Source: Glycera tridactyla
Lineage: Eukaryota
Reading direction: 5' to 3'
Length of the DNA: 64,000 bases
NCBI GenBank assembly: GCA_965644265.1
Contig: OZ286471.1
Span: 46,748,001 to 46,812,000 of the forward strand
The notes beneath the pieces were generated by a model. That model did not search any database. It was not told where the DNA came from and saw only the letters and a program-made list of their open reading frames with translations. Within the stretch, counting starts at the first letter, position 1. Every line of letters begins with the position of its first letter. The position numbers were made by a program, and so were the translations under genes. Shown piece after piece: positions 27,001 to 42,000 of this stretch.

Positions 27001-30000
27001 CCTGTGGAGTAACTGCTTAGGTACGTCAGAATCATACACTTTTGCCTCTTCCAGACAGAAATTATGCAGTTGCATATGTCAGTCATTAAAAAGTGTCCAT
27101 TCATGGACTCATTGGTTTGCTTCCCTGAGCTAGCTATTGATTCTGATATGGAAGGGAATCATAATAGAGCAGTCAAAATAGACATTAGGATAATGCAGCA
27201 CATGTATTTCGAGCTGATGATGATACTAATTCGCCATATTTCAACCATACCATGTATTTGAGTTGATGAAATATCTTGAGATATGCTGTAATGGTTTGTG
27301 GCGTGCAACATTCAGCCAGTCATTTCACTGGAGGAAAATCACAATTGACTCATTGCAGAACTTGTTTGTGGTGGAGACCGCCCAACTACAGCATCCACAC
27401 AAACAACCACACCTGGTGACTGCTGGATCCCAACCACTGGTGGTACAGCTATCCAGGCTTCCGTCTGCATCTTCCCCTTCTCCTACAAAGATGTATCTTA
27501 CACGGGTTGCTCCTCTGTGGACAATGGTGGAATACCATGGTGTTACACCTCTTACAATTACAAGGATGACCATCTTTGGGGAAATTGCGGAGGTACGTCC
27601 AAAGGAGAGCTTCTTGATCCTCGAGTTTGATGATTCATCCTTATCCCTTCTAGTGTCAATATGCAAATTCATACTAGTATCTTTATGAATCGATGGGTCA
27701 CCTAGTCAATCAGTCAGTATAAATGCATACTGTGAATATCTGACAATGGTCGGGTACTCATAAGTCAGGGTATTTTAACCTGGGACCATGGTACCTCTTT
27801 AAAGAGGTTGCAACATATTGGCTAAGAGCAGAATAATTGGAAGGACCATTGATTAATAGCGATGTTGATGTATTCAAAATAGATCAAAATTAGGTATTTG
27901 AAATCATTGAAAATAAGGAAGAACTGCCATCATTCAATAATCTGCCGACTACTTTTAGGGTTAGTCTGCGGACGAGCTCGTCCAAGCACGGCATCTACAC
28001 TGACAACTACACAGAACAACTGTTGGATACCGACTGTAGGAGGTACTGCACTCCCGACCTCGGTATGTGTGTTCCCCTTCTCCTACAGGGGCGTCACATA
28101 CTCTGGTTGTACCACAGTGGATAACAGTGGTTATCCCTGGTGCTATACTTCTGTCGATTATGAGAAGGATCACCTGTGGGGGAATTGTCAAGGTATGATG
28201 ATGCTGATTAATTCATATCTGTATGATTCCTAAAACACTCACGAAGTTGTCTCAAGTATATAATTCACTGCTGGCATCAAGGAAATATGAATCAGCAGAA
28301 ACATCTTTGACAGTGGCGAATAATCGATATGCAGGACAGGAAATTGTCGATTCAGTCAATTTCGTGACCCAAAAGTTGTGAGCAGTTGCATACTGCTAGT
28401 GTTGATGATAAAAAAGTAGGTTTGGTTCAGTCAAGCGAGAAATTCAAAAAACAAGAGTTCATCATGAAATGTTGATGGTGGGGATAAACATGGATTACTC
28501 TCATATCATGGATATTTGGTACAAATATTGATTCTGAATTATATTCATCCTTCTAGCACTGGTTTGTGATGAGCCAAGACCAACTACCAGTGCCCCCATG
28601 ACAACAACTCAAGCAGATTGTTGGATCCCAACCTTTGGCGGATCTGCAGTGCAGCCATCAGTGTGTACTTTCCCCTTCTCATACAGAGGTGAAACATACA
28701 CTGGCTGCACGACAGTTGACAATGGTGGCAGGCCATGGTGCTACACCTCGTATAATTATGCCAATGATCATCTCTGGGGAGAGTGTGGAGGTAGGAGATC
28801 AGAATACTCGTTTTTCAAAGTGCCTTCGAGAATTCACCCATTTTTCATGTTTTTATACCCCCGTCCAAAGGAAGTTTGGAAGGGGGTTTACTGGAGTCAC
28901 TCTGTTGGTTGGTCACTCTGTCGGTTAGATGGTCAGTCGGTTAGATGGTTGGTTGGTTGGTCTGTCCGCAAAAGTTTGTCTCTCAAACTACTCCCACATT
29001 TCTCAAGCTATTGGATTGAGACTTTGCATATGTCATCACCATATAGTGTAGATGTGCAAGACATAATTTTCATGCAGATTGGTCAACAAATTCCAGAGTT
29101 ATTCAAGGAAAAAGAAAATTGTTTGTATCTGTCTTTTTGGTTGTATCTGTAGGTTTGGAATTCATTGAGACAGGGAAATCAACAGGCTCATTAATTGTCT
29201 GTTTGGTGTAAGGCCGCTCACACTCCCCTTGGCTTTCCTTTCATGGTTATGTAAGATTCTCAGGGAATAGACTGCTTCTGCTGTTCTCCTCTATGACAGG
29301 TGTCTATTTCTTTGCTCTCTCCACCATTACATAACAGACCCTCAACACACATATACACACATGGATGCACTCACATTGTCAAACCTGCTCGAGAGACCAT
29401 CTCTCCATAAATGTCACCCTGAGCTGCGACCATGATACTTTTTTTCACCGGTAAATGACCTCTATCAAAACCACATGTCTACAAAGGTCACTTTTAGGTG
29501 GCAGTCGGTGGCCTTTATAGACAGGTGGGCTATATGTTGGCCATATTGCATACATTCTTAGTATCAAAGTGGCGGCGGGGGTATTATTGGTCACCTCTGT
29601 GACAAAGTTCTAGTTTTTTCTGGTTTTGAGAACTGGACTAAACCAGAAACCTCATTGAATTTATGTATGACTGAAATCCAGATTGCAAAGCATGAATGGA
29701 AATTAAGAATTGTCGATGATCTGAAATAGTGCCTGTCTGGTACCATGTGGGAAATCCTGTTATCTGACTTTTACAATTTCATAGTGCAGCACAGTATCTG
29801 AAATTGCGATTTGCTTCAAATTATTAGACCGAATCAACTCATGTATGTATGACAACAAAATGTTCATTTTTTCAGCGTTGGTATGTGGTGAACCACGACC
29901 AACGACAATGTCGACGCTGACCACAACTGGCAGTGACTGCTGGATCCCTACCGTTGGAGGCACAGCTGTCCAGAACTCTGTCTGTGTCTTCCCTTTCAGT

Positions 30001-33000
30001 TACAAGGGAGTGGAATATTATGGGTGTAGCACTGTTGATAATAGCGGCAATGCTTGGTGCTATGTCTCTTATGACTATCAAAATGATCACCTATGGGGCA
30101 ACTGTCAAGGTGAGCCCCTTTTACAATCTCGGTAATATTAATCATTCCTTCTGAGAGCATTCAATCAGAATAAATTAGATAACTTCTGAAAGAAAAGTTC
30201 TGGCGATGATCCCAGAACCAATTATAATGGATGGGAAGAGGTTTTGTGAGAGAATAATTTGTCTGTCCGTGCCAGCAATCCGTTCAATTTGACATCATAC
30301 GATACCCTCATATGGATCATAGCATGTATCAAATCTTTTCAGCATTGGTTTGTGGAGAGCCACGACCAACAACAGCTTCCACGCTGACTACCACAGGAAG
30401 AGACTGTTGGATACCAACAATGGGTGGCACTGCTGTGCAGAGGTCCGTTTGTACATTTCCCTTCGAATATCGAAATGTGATTTATACTGGCTGTTCCACT
30501 CAGGATAATGATGGAACGCCATGGTGCTACACATCCTATGATTATAAGAACGACCATCTTTGGGGCAACTGTGGAGGTATGTCTTTTGTCACCGTTGTGG
30601 AAGCCTTTAATGGGCTAAAGGTTCAAAGGCCTAAGATAGCTCAGCATATACCAAACCTATCGAAGTACGCTTCTTGTGTTCCTGAGATTCAGCACGGCTT
30701 TTGACAGGAGATCTCCACTATTAGTCAAGCAATTGGAAATAGATATCAACAACTTTTCTGCACGTTTCTATCATCAATTCACTCTTGGCTTTGCAGAAAA
30801 CAATTATTAGAATCAATGTCACTTGATATATAAACTTAGTGACAGGCCCATTTTCGCCAATCACATCTTCAAATTTGATGATTTCAGCAATGATATGTGG
30901 TGAAGCTAGACCAACAACAATGTCAACTTTAACCACTACCGAAGGCAACTGTTGGATACCGACTGTTGGTGGAACTGCAGTTCAGAATTCTGTCTGCATA
31001 TTCCCTTTCAGTTACAAAGGTGTCACACATACTGGATGCTCCACCGAAGACAACGGTGGTAATCCATGGTGCTACGTCTCATATGACTATGAGAACGATC
31101 ATCTGTGGGGGAACTGTCAAGGTATGTCATCTTCTGATGGACCATCACTATTCGCTCACATTCTTGAAATGCGATGCTTCAGAAAACTTCGAAATTATTC
31201 ACAAAGTTCTTTGAAACAGAGTGATTGTAGTCGCCTCTCTTCTTTGGTACTGAGTTGCATATAAGTCATGAGGTGATGAAGGCCACTCATTCCATTGTTG
31301 GATGACGATATTACTGACTTTCAATGAAAAGTGGACCAATTGGTCTTTTGTGATGAAATTTTGATCTACTTTTCATCGATCATACTGATACTAGATCTGT
31401 GACTGTTTCGAGAATGCTCATACCCACCAGCTGCATTTGATCTGAATGGTCATCATATTGATGAATGGTTTCCAGAGATCATATGCGATGAGCCAAGGAG
31501 AGTGACGTCATCAACACTGACAACAACCCCTGCTGATTGTTATATCCCAACTTCGGGTGGCACTGCCATCCAGGACTCTGTCTGTGTCTTCCCCTTCTCC
31601 TACAAAGATGTAGTCTACACGGGATGTTCTACCGTGGACAATGGTGGGGTTGCCTGGTGTTACACATCCTATGACTATCGAAATGATCACATCTGGGGCA
31701 ACTGCGGAGGTGCGTGTCTAGGATGTAACATATATTAGCATTTGTAACAATCTGCCCAAATAAGTTATAAGATATGTGAGCTATTTAGTATCAGTAATCA
31801 AGACAGTACAATTAAATAGAATCCTACTGAGAGGACTGCCCGTTTTCATCAGACAAACTTACCTCATAGTTAGATGTTGGGTAGAGAGAGTCAATATATG
31901 AGCTATATAAGGTCTGTGTGGTCTATTTGACCAGGTGCTATTTGTGCTGAGGCAGTGTGTGATGCAAATTCGATTCCATATGGCTTTCTTCTTTTCGCAT
32001 CTGATGTTCAGATATTCCTTTAAAAGTGTGCCCTTGGTGTACTATCCCATGCGTGGTTGTTTTTGAATAACATTACAGTACCTGCTTGGTGACATTTCAG
32101 GTATGGTTTGTGGTCGGGCAAGACCCACTACGGCCTCGACGCTGACTACAACGCCCTCAGATTGCTGGATCCCCACAATAGGTGGTACAGCAGTACAGCG
32201 GTCTGTTTGTATATTCCCCTTCTCCTACCGAGGGGTATCATATACGGGATGTACAACAGTGGATAACGGAGGCATCCCATGGTGCTATACATCATATGAC
32301 TACGAGAACGATCATATCTGGGGAAATTGTCAAGGTATATCCTCATATGATATGTCGTATTTATCATCCGATAAATAGATAGAACAATGTATTACCTTCA
32401 ATTTGGTGTTTAGATTGTAAAAATCGGACAAGCGGTTGAGGAGTTACATCGATTTTGCTTGAGGCATCTTTCCAAACTATAGCCGTGACGCTGCGTAAAT
32501 CGAACCCGCGACGCTGCCAGTTGACCCTTGACCTCGATTGTTCTATGGTTACATGACGCACAATGTAACCTCTGAGATCACACGATCCCTATGTACGTTC
32601 ACGGTGAACTACGATTACATACACGCTACAAGGGACATTGGATGATATGTCGGTATCATATCAAAGTCTTAGTGAGCAGGGGGTTAATCTGTCCTCATAG
32701 ATGTCTCAACTTTTCTCACAATAATCATATAGTATCAACACCATTCTCATTATTCCCTATCATTGCCATTGCCTTGAATGTGATCAGTTCGTGAGAATGG
32801 AGGGCTAAGAAGTAATATTACAAGGAGCACCTTGCTACCTCCATTGATTACGAATATGGGTACCCTTCATTAAGAGGCACGATGTAATGACGTATGTCCT
32901 GTAATTCCTCGATTTCAGAGTTGGTTTGTGGAGAGCCACGGCCAACCACCATGTCATCATTGACCACCACCCAAGCTGATTGCTGGATTCCAACGAGAGG

Positions 33001-36000
33001 GGGCACAGCGATACAGGATTCTGTTTGCATCTTTCCATTTGAGTACAGAGGCATAGTCTACTCTGGTTGCTCTAATGTTGACAATGATGGTCGGCCTTGG
33101 TGTTATACCTCGTATGACTATAGAAATGACCATCTGTGGGGCGAGTGTGGAGGTATGTTGGGCAGAAAATTATTCAGCATTGCCACACAGAAGCAATAGT
33201 GATGTTACCTTATGATAAAGCTCGTCGTTCTTATTCAAATAGGCAAAGTTGGCAATATTTCGTTTCTCATGCTTCCATAGGATAATTCAGTATTTTTTTG
33301 TAATTCGTTCTTTTTTGGTTGATCTCATCTTCTGCATAGGTGCCACACATTAGTACCAAAGAACAAGAGTAACTTCGCAATCTATCAAAAAACTAAACAC
33401 ATAACTACAAGATAACAATTGCCTGAATTGTATATATTGGTTATGAATAGTATCCAGTCCATTGAAAGTTTTCCAGATGTCAGTACTTAGTCAACTCATG
33501 CCTGTATCAAATGAAACGGTTTGAAATGAGCCAGGAAGATGAACCAAACTTCTCATCATGGCACTGGTCAATAAGTGAAGCATGATAGAGTTGAGAACGA
33601 ATAAATCATAGTTACTGATGTTAGGATTGGTGCCTTTGCAGCGATTGTGTGTGGCAAAGACCGGCCAACAACTGCTTCAACATTGAGTACGACGCCAGAT
33701 GACTGCTGGATTCCTACTTATGGTGGTACAGCTGTGCAGCAGTCAGTTTGCGTGTTCCCATTCAGTTATAGAGGTGTTACCTATACTGGATGTACAACTT
33801 TGGACAATAGTGGCTACCCATGGTGTTACACATCAGTCAATTACCCAGATGACCATATTTGGGGTAACTGCCAAGGTATGCTTGATTTGTCAAGAGCAGA
33901 GCTCTGATCGGAACCCCTTGGCATTTGTGTCACCGGTTCGCTGATGAGCTGTTTGTATTTCATAATGTATAATCAAATAAAACCAAACCCGCAAATTACA
34001 GCCCATTGACAACTCATGGACACATCCAAGTTGACTAAATTTTTGATTGAGAAGACTATAATCAGAGCTACAGTCGAAAAATATACTTTCGGAAGGTCTC
34101 ACTTTCTCCCACCACAATGTCGAGGAATTCTTTGAGAACACCAGCAAAGCTCCTTGTTTTTCTTTTCTGTTTGCATTGGAGTCACTAATCTATCACCAAT
34201 CTATGTCCTCGGGCAAACTGATCGTTGTTGAAATAATATTCAGTTATAAATATTCTCTAGGTGTGTATTATTGGCTATCTGATCTTCTGTTACCACAAGT
34301 GCATTTGTGATGACTCTTTGGTGATTTTTCCATAGCGTTGGTGTGTGGTCAGCCCCGCCCAACTACTGCTTCCACTCTGACAACCACGGCCAGCGACTGC
34401 TATATCCCAACCATAGGAGGGACAGCTGCCCAGCCATCTGTCTGCATCTTCCCGTTCAATTACAAAAATGTGGCATATACAGGATGCACCACTGTTGACA
34501 ACGACGGTAGACCCTGGTGTTATACCTCCTTCAATTACAGAGATGACCATATCTGGGGAAACTGTGGAGGTACGATAATAACTCAAGTCAGGTGCCGCTC
34601 TTTCATACAGGTTTTCACTGGCAATACTCGGCAAAAATTCCAACCTCAAGCTTGCTCACGAGCTATTGAATAAAGTGGCGGAACTATTGAGAGAAATTGT
34701 TCTCAAATATGAGAGATGCCAAGTAATTAATTATGTGACCTAACAATTCGCTTATATCTCTCATTATGACCTCACTGTCTACTCGATTCAGTTGAGTAGC
34801 AATGTTTCATTAGTTACCCAGGACCCATATTCTCTCTTGTTTCCATATTTTACTTTACCTGCTGAGAAGTGAATAAACCTCGGATCCAGGGTATGTTTTG
34901 TGGTCAATTTTGAATTTCAACCCTCATGCAGCAGATTATAAACGTTCAAATAATCATTTTTAGAGTTGACGTGTGGTCGTAATAGACCCACCACCGCATC
35001 GACCTTGACAACGACAGGCAGTAACTGTTGGATCCCTACAGTTGGTGGAACAGCTCTCCCTCGTTCGGTGTGCATATTCCCCTTTGAATATAGAGGGACT
35101 GTATACACTGGATGTTCTACAGTGGACAATGATAACTATCCGTGGTGTTACACCTCCTATGATTATAAGGATGATCACCTCTGGGGCAACTGTGAAGGTA
35201 TGTCCGTGTATAATCATCACAGAAATTGCATTTCATAGACTCCATGATCATGCGTATATCGATGATTTCCTGGACATAATTCAATAGAGAAAATTCATCT
35301 CTGAAAGTGACTTGCCATGAATCGGCATTGTTGTTTGTATCTCATGATGAAAAGTGACGGTAACGAATTGCTAGTTTTGAAGTTTCTATTCTTCAAAATA
35401 AGGATGAACATTTGTTTACACCAACGTGAGATGCTCGAGTCCCATGACTGACTTGCCATGTGACATCTTGGAATAACTGTATTGAAAAACCTATTTTCAG
35501 CGATGGTATGTGATGCTCCCAGACCAATAACTGAAAAGCCTATGACAACAACAGCACGGGACTGCTGGATCCCAACAATTGGTGGAACTGCAGTGCAGAG
35601 ATCAGTATGCATCTTCCCATTTAGCTACAAAGGAAAAGAATATACAGGCTGTTCAACTGAGAATAATGATAATATTCCATGGTGTTATGTCTCCTATAAT
35701 TATGAGAATGATCACCTTTGGGGCAACTGCGAAGGTACGTCAGTTTATCAACCTGATTCCTAAGAGTTTCCAAACATCAATCCTATGTGTTCTTGCATGG
35801 ATAATTTGTCTTACCTGTTTGATTGAATTGAATTGGATTGAAGTCTCATAGCAAAGTCACAATATTTGACCATATCTTTTTCACTCGGGAAAAGGAAATA
35901 TAACAGTGAAAAATCATAAAACATAAGTAGAATAACATAAAGATCATAGGGTTGATTTAGAGGATCTCCGACCAGAGAAATAAAATCTACTGCGCACAGG

Positions 36001-39000
36001 TATAAGGGGGTATCACAAAAGGCTCCATGGCGGCTTTAACGGATATTGAAGTCAGAATCGTCATGGATCCCATGCGTACTTGATGGGCGATACTGCATTT
36101 GTAGTACTGTATTCATGGATTCAGACTTGACTAAAGATGGAGATATGTATGATCATATCATCAAGACTAGAGTGCTCGTTCTTGAATAATGGCACTAGCA
36201 CAAAGAAACCTAAATGAAAACCAAGTTCTAGGATCGTTGCTCCCGAGTTGCCGGGATGATAATTTTTCTGGTCCCATATGGTAAAGACCTAATCTGATTT
36301 TGGAACCTATTGCAGAGCAGTCTACATTGACAGTAGATATCAGGCGATCGTCCGCCCTTGAGCCTCGTGAATTAAAAAAGTGCTCGGAGTGTCTCATCCA
36401 TTTTATATCAATATCAGTGTCTTTCGTAACCACATATGTGCTGTGTGTCACAGAATTTTTTTGTAATTGTAGAGTGAGAAGATCCATGCAATCTGTATAC
36501 ATAGATATACAGTAGCTTTTCCCATAGGGATTTCAATGATATCCCTGTTATCATACATTGACTGTGAGTGAAAGTATATTTGTGGCTCACAGGCAGGTAA
36601 TGAATGTTATCATCACTTCAGTATGAAGTCACAATGACATGGGGATGCATGTGACAAATCCTCGGTTGTAGACTTGGTGTGTGGGGAGCCTAGGCCCACA
36701 ACGGCCTCCACACTGACAACAACAGGTAGTGACTGCTGGATTCCAACAGTTGGTGGGACAGCATTCCCTCGGTCTGTCTGTGTCTTCCCATACGAATACC
36801 GTGGAGTGACTTACACAGGGTGTAATACTCGAGACAATGAGGGTTACCCATGGTGTTACACCTCTTACGACTATGCAAATGATCACCTATGGGGAAATTG
36901 TCAAGGTGCGTTGAAGATCTGCGTGACCAATACGTATATAGTCTTAGTCTTTCTTCTACATCCTCCCCATAGATACATATTTGATCACTGCCAGCACCAA
37001 TATAAAACCCATTCTCGCATAATGTGTCTGTATATTGTGATTTACTACTTATGCTGTGAATTTCGGTGAAAGTGACAAGTATCGAATATGTGTCGTTTAA
37101 TCCATCAATCGTGTTACTCTGTGTGATTCCACATATTGATATATGCCAGTGATATGTAATACCTGTCTAATTCTTGGAATTAGGCCAGAAAATTGGGCCT
37201 ACCGCTGTCATTGTCGAATACAGTCATATGTATTGTAACCATGCATTTATTTCTTAACAAATTACCTCTCAAGTTGAACTTTTTGGAAATGTTGATGGTG
37301 CATTCTTTCAGCGATGGTCTGTGGAGAACCACGGCCAACAACTGCTTCAGTGCAGACCACAACCGGCAGTGATTGTTGGATACCCACAGAGGGTGGCACC
37401 GCAGTGCAGAACTCCGTGTGCACGTTCCCCTTCTCATACAGGGGTACTCAATACACCGGATGTTCCACTGTGGACACTGATGGCCAGCCATGGTGCTACA
37501 CCTCATACAACTATGCATATGATCACCTATGGGGATATTGTAAAGGTACGACCAATATTGAAATCCACTCCAGTTGCATGAAAGCCCGATAATCAATACG
37601 AATCAAACGATCGATTTGTCTCCTTGCTACTCAACCCAGAAAATACTAGCTTCATTGAAGTGCATATATCAAGCACTATATTGCTATAAGGTGCGAATGC
37701 TGGCCTAATAATTCTTATGTCATTGTATGATTCATCTTTGTTTGGTGAGGTATGTAGAGGTGCGTCTGATCGTTCAACCACTAGAAAAGCTCCTTTATTT
37801 CTCACAATCTTTCGCTCAGCGTTTCTGCGAATAATCCTTGTTGAGGATAACATTTTTAGGTGACCCATACCATCAATCCCTGATCGACCAACTAGTCAGG
37901 CATATACAAATATTGATGATTGAATCAAATTCAGACAATGATGCCAGTACGTCAATAATCCAGTCCTGTCAACTGGGCTGTGAAATGCCGTACGTCGGCA
38001 TTTTCTGCACCCAACAATATTTTGATTGAATAACTTGGCAGCAGAAAATTTCCCTTGTAGAACTTTTTATATCCGAATCAAATATATAATTTTATGCTTC
38101 ACTCGCTCAATTTTTGGGGGAATCGATCGACACTCCAAGATGTATAACATACACAAATTTATTTCGATCTGTATCAAAGACATTGTTATTGCTCACTGTG
38201 TGCCACGTACGTTGACAGAGATGGTATGTGGCCAGGCGAGGCCGACGACTATGTCCACACTCTCCACCACTGGCAGTGATTGCTGGATTCCAACTATTGG
38301 AGGCACGGCCATCCAGAGATCCGTGTGTATCTTCCCTTTCTCCTACAGAGGAATCGAATATACCGGCTGTACCACAAGAGACAATGGTGGCATACCCTGG
38401 TGTTACACTTCGTATAACTACGAAAACGATCATATATGGGGCAATTGCCAAGGTATGTCCAGCTCAGATATAGGGGGCCTTCCTGCAGATTCCCTCGAAT
38501 GTGGCTGTTTGGCTGAAGAAAATTGCTTTAGGCATGGGTGTCAGCTATTTGCTAGTAATATAGTGAGATGTGCAATACAGAGGCTCATACGTGCTATTAC
38601 AAATGTAGATAGAGGGAGGCTTGAACTGACAATTATTTCCTTTTAACACTGGCCCCAACCTTTGTAACCCTATGTTCAATGTATGTGAGAGTGATGCATG
38701 AAGGGGAAAATGTAACCAGTCCACTAATACCACACTGCATGCAAGATACTGTGGCATGATGCAAGCTTCGAAGCTTGATCGACCATCCAACCAACTTACA
38801 AACATTGGATACAGATGACTCATTTGAAGCCGCTTTTATAATAATACCATCCATGCACTTCTCCTTAGGTCTATTAACAAACCAAATAATGGTACATAAT
38901 GAGTAAAGATCTACATGAAGAGCATTTCCAATTGGCTAATGGATATATTTACCATGATTACCATTTCATTCGTCCATGCAACAAGTCCTGCTCGTTTCCC

Positions 39001-42000
39001 TGCATTACATTCTCATCTGTTTTGGCATTCTGAATAGAAGCACTCTGAGACTCAAAGTTCTTATTCCAATATGCTGCCAATACAAACACTTCAGATGTTT
39101 TGGGTCACACATGAGAATTGGCCGTTCATATTTTCAGAGTTAGTATGCGGTGAGCCGCGTCCCACAACTGGGAGTACTCTCACAACCACGCCCAGTGGCT
39201 GTTGGATTCCAACAAGAGGTGGCACAGCAGTGCAGGACTCTGTGTGTATATTCCCATTCTCCTACAAGGATGTAGGCTACACGGGTTGCTCCACTGTGGA
39301 TAATGATGGACGCCCGTGGTGTTATACCTCCTACGACTATGAAAATGATCATATTTGGGGCAATTGTGGAGGTATGTGTAAATCGTATAAAGTGCGCAAA
39401 TTCAATGCAAAAAGACTGCCCAAAGTATTTCTAGACCACTTGCGTAGATTGCATAAACGTTTTACAGTGCATCATTCAGGCGAGTTCTTCTAGACTTATC
39501 AAGAGGATTGTCATCAACTTTGTGGAATGATGCAGCTTGATTTCCTTGGATTACTGCATGAGACGACATGAGGCATCGACTTATTCATGTGCAATCGACA
39601 TAGATCCATATTCATTCTTTTCTGGCATGATTGTGCATTGTTCTCAGCAAATGATAGAGATATGGCCCTGCCCGTTTAACCAGTAATCAAGCATATATGG
39701 ATAGGCTAAATGTCATTCGATCATGAGTCAATTTTCCATATTGTAGAGATGGTCTGTGGCCGTGCCCGGCCCAGCACGGCGTCTACACTGAGCACAACTG
39801 CTGATGACTGTTGGATACCAACAGTTGGTGGTAGTGCATTACCCACATCAGTCTGTATCTTCCCATTCAACTACCGAGGAACTACTTACACAGGATGTAC
39901 CACACAGGATAATAGCGGCTACGCCTGGTGCTATACATCCTACGACTATGAGAATGACCATCTATGGGGCAACTGCCAAGGTAGAAATGATTGGGAGGAG
40001 GGGGTTCATTGCCTGAAACTCATATACAATATAATGCATATCGATATCTCATGGTATCATTTCAGATCTATTTCACCTCGGACCATGGTGACTAAGCAAT
40101 AAAATGCTGGAATTATGCAATCTTCTTGTTGTCAACATGGAACATTGATGTTAATTCAGACATTTCTCGATAGGATGATGCAGGTTAATTGAGACATGGT
40201 ATTCATGTCTGGTCGAGCTCACGGTATTATTAGCACCTGACTAAATTGGTGATACTAAACTTGACTATGCATAGAAATTCTATCATGATTTTCCACACTT
40301 GGGAGCCAGTTGACAGATCGAGAAATATATTAGTGAATATCCCCATTGAGATGAGTGTGACTGATTTTCAGCGTTGGTATGTGGTGAGCCACGACCGACT
40401 ACGGGTTCCACACTCTCCACCACCCCACGTGATTGCTGGATCCCGACTTTCGAAGGAACTGCCATCCAGCCATCTGTCTGTATCTTCCCATTTGAATATC
40501 GTGGTGTCACCTACACTGGATGCTCCACGGTAGATAATGGAGGCAGGCCCTGGTGCTATACGTCATATAATTACAAAGATGATCATATCTGGGGCAATTG
40601 TGGAGGTATGCACTGTTAATGAACTTTGAAATTCTGGTCCTTTATTCACTTTTGATTTCTATGAGACATTTTCTATCCTATGAGTAACTCAATGATGTGA
40701 TATGATATCAGCTGAATATGTCTCTGGTATATTTCCAATATGTAGAAGTGGACCTTTCTCTATCACTTTATCATACCTACTAATAGTATGAAAGCCTGAT
40801 ACCGAGTTATTCAGCAATTTGTATTGTGAGCGTGGTAGGGATTGATATGGACAGTGAAAATCGAGGAATTTGATGCGAGTAGTTTGGGATGTCTTCTTGG
40901 CTTCTAGATGATCCAATAAACTTGAGATTATGTTGATATGAGGTGGATTTCTTTCCAGCGTTGGTGTGTGGTGAACCACGTCCAACCACTGCCTCAACCC
41001 TCACAACAACTGGCAGTGATTGCTGGATCCCAACTGTAGGGGGTACTGCATTTCCGACCTCCGTCTGTATCTTTCCCTTCGACTACCGTGGAGAAACGTA
41101 CACTGGCTGTACCAATAGGGATAATGGAGGAATCCGTTGGTGCTATACCTCCTTTGACTATGAGAATGATCACCTCTGGGGAAATTGCCAAGGTAAACAT
41201 GGGCAACCTTATGTGATGCTGAATGATGCCTCGTACATAGCACCAAGATGCTGCTGTTCACCATGAGTTGCAATGCCTGGAATTGAAATATAAGGGATAA
41301 TATCGCAGTCAGTACCGGTAGTATGAGCCGGTAAAATTGAAATGGTATTAACAAGTAAAATTGAAGAAAATACTAAAATTGTATATTCATACATGAATTA
41401 TACAGTATGTTAAAGCATTGAGAGGCTATTCATTGTTGTCGTGGCTATGAGTTTATCTTGGGTATCGGATGCTGTGGCACACACTGTTCAACTATTTCTC
41501 CTTTCCAGAGTTGGTATGTGGTCAGCCACGGCCAACAACTGGCTCGACACTTACAACTACTGGTAGTGATTGTTGGATACCGACCGAGGGGGGTACAGCG
41601 ATTCAAAACTCCGTCTGTGTGTTCCCTTACTCCTACAAGGATGTAGAATACACAGGATGCACCACGGTCGATAATGGTGGTGTCCCTTGGTGTTATACTT
41701 CGGGATTCTACAGGGAGGATCATCTTTGGGGCAACTGCCTAGGTACGAAATATGCAATCCAACTTTTTGATTTCACAAATACTAGTTATTCAGCAATTCT
41801 AAACGACAATATCATCAATTTGCTTTAGCTATTTTTGCACTGACACAGTATCACTCACCTCGTTAATGCAATCCATCGTCAACTCAAACCCAATATTGTC
41901 AATTGACAAATATCCTGGGTTGGAAGTGTGATTATTACATGTAACTTCCGCCATCATCATTGACTTGGCCACAGCCATTGCTACATATCAGTCACTTGGA

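Noticed and set aside
10269-27020. Segmental duplication E13-E14 to E33-E34 suggested by the shared 180-bp intronic repeat
   Set aside because: The exon pairs are not especially similar and intron similarity is confined to the 180 bp.
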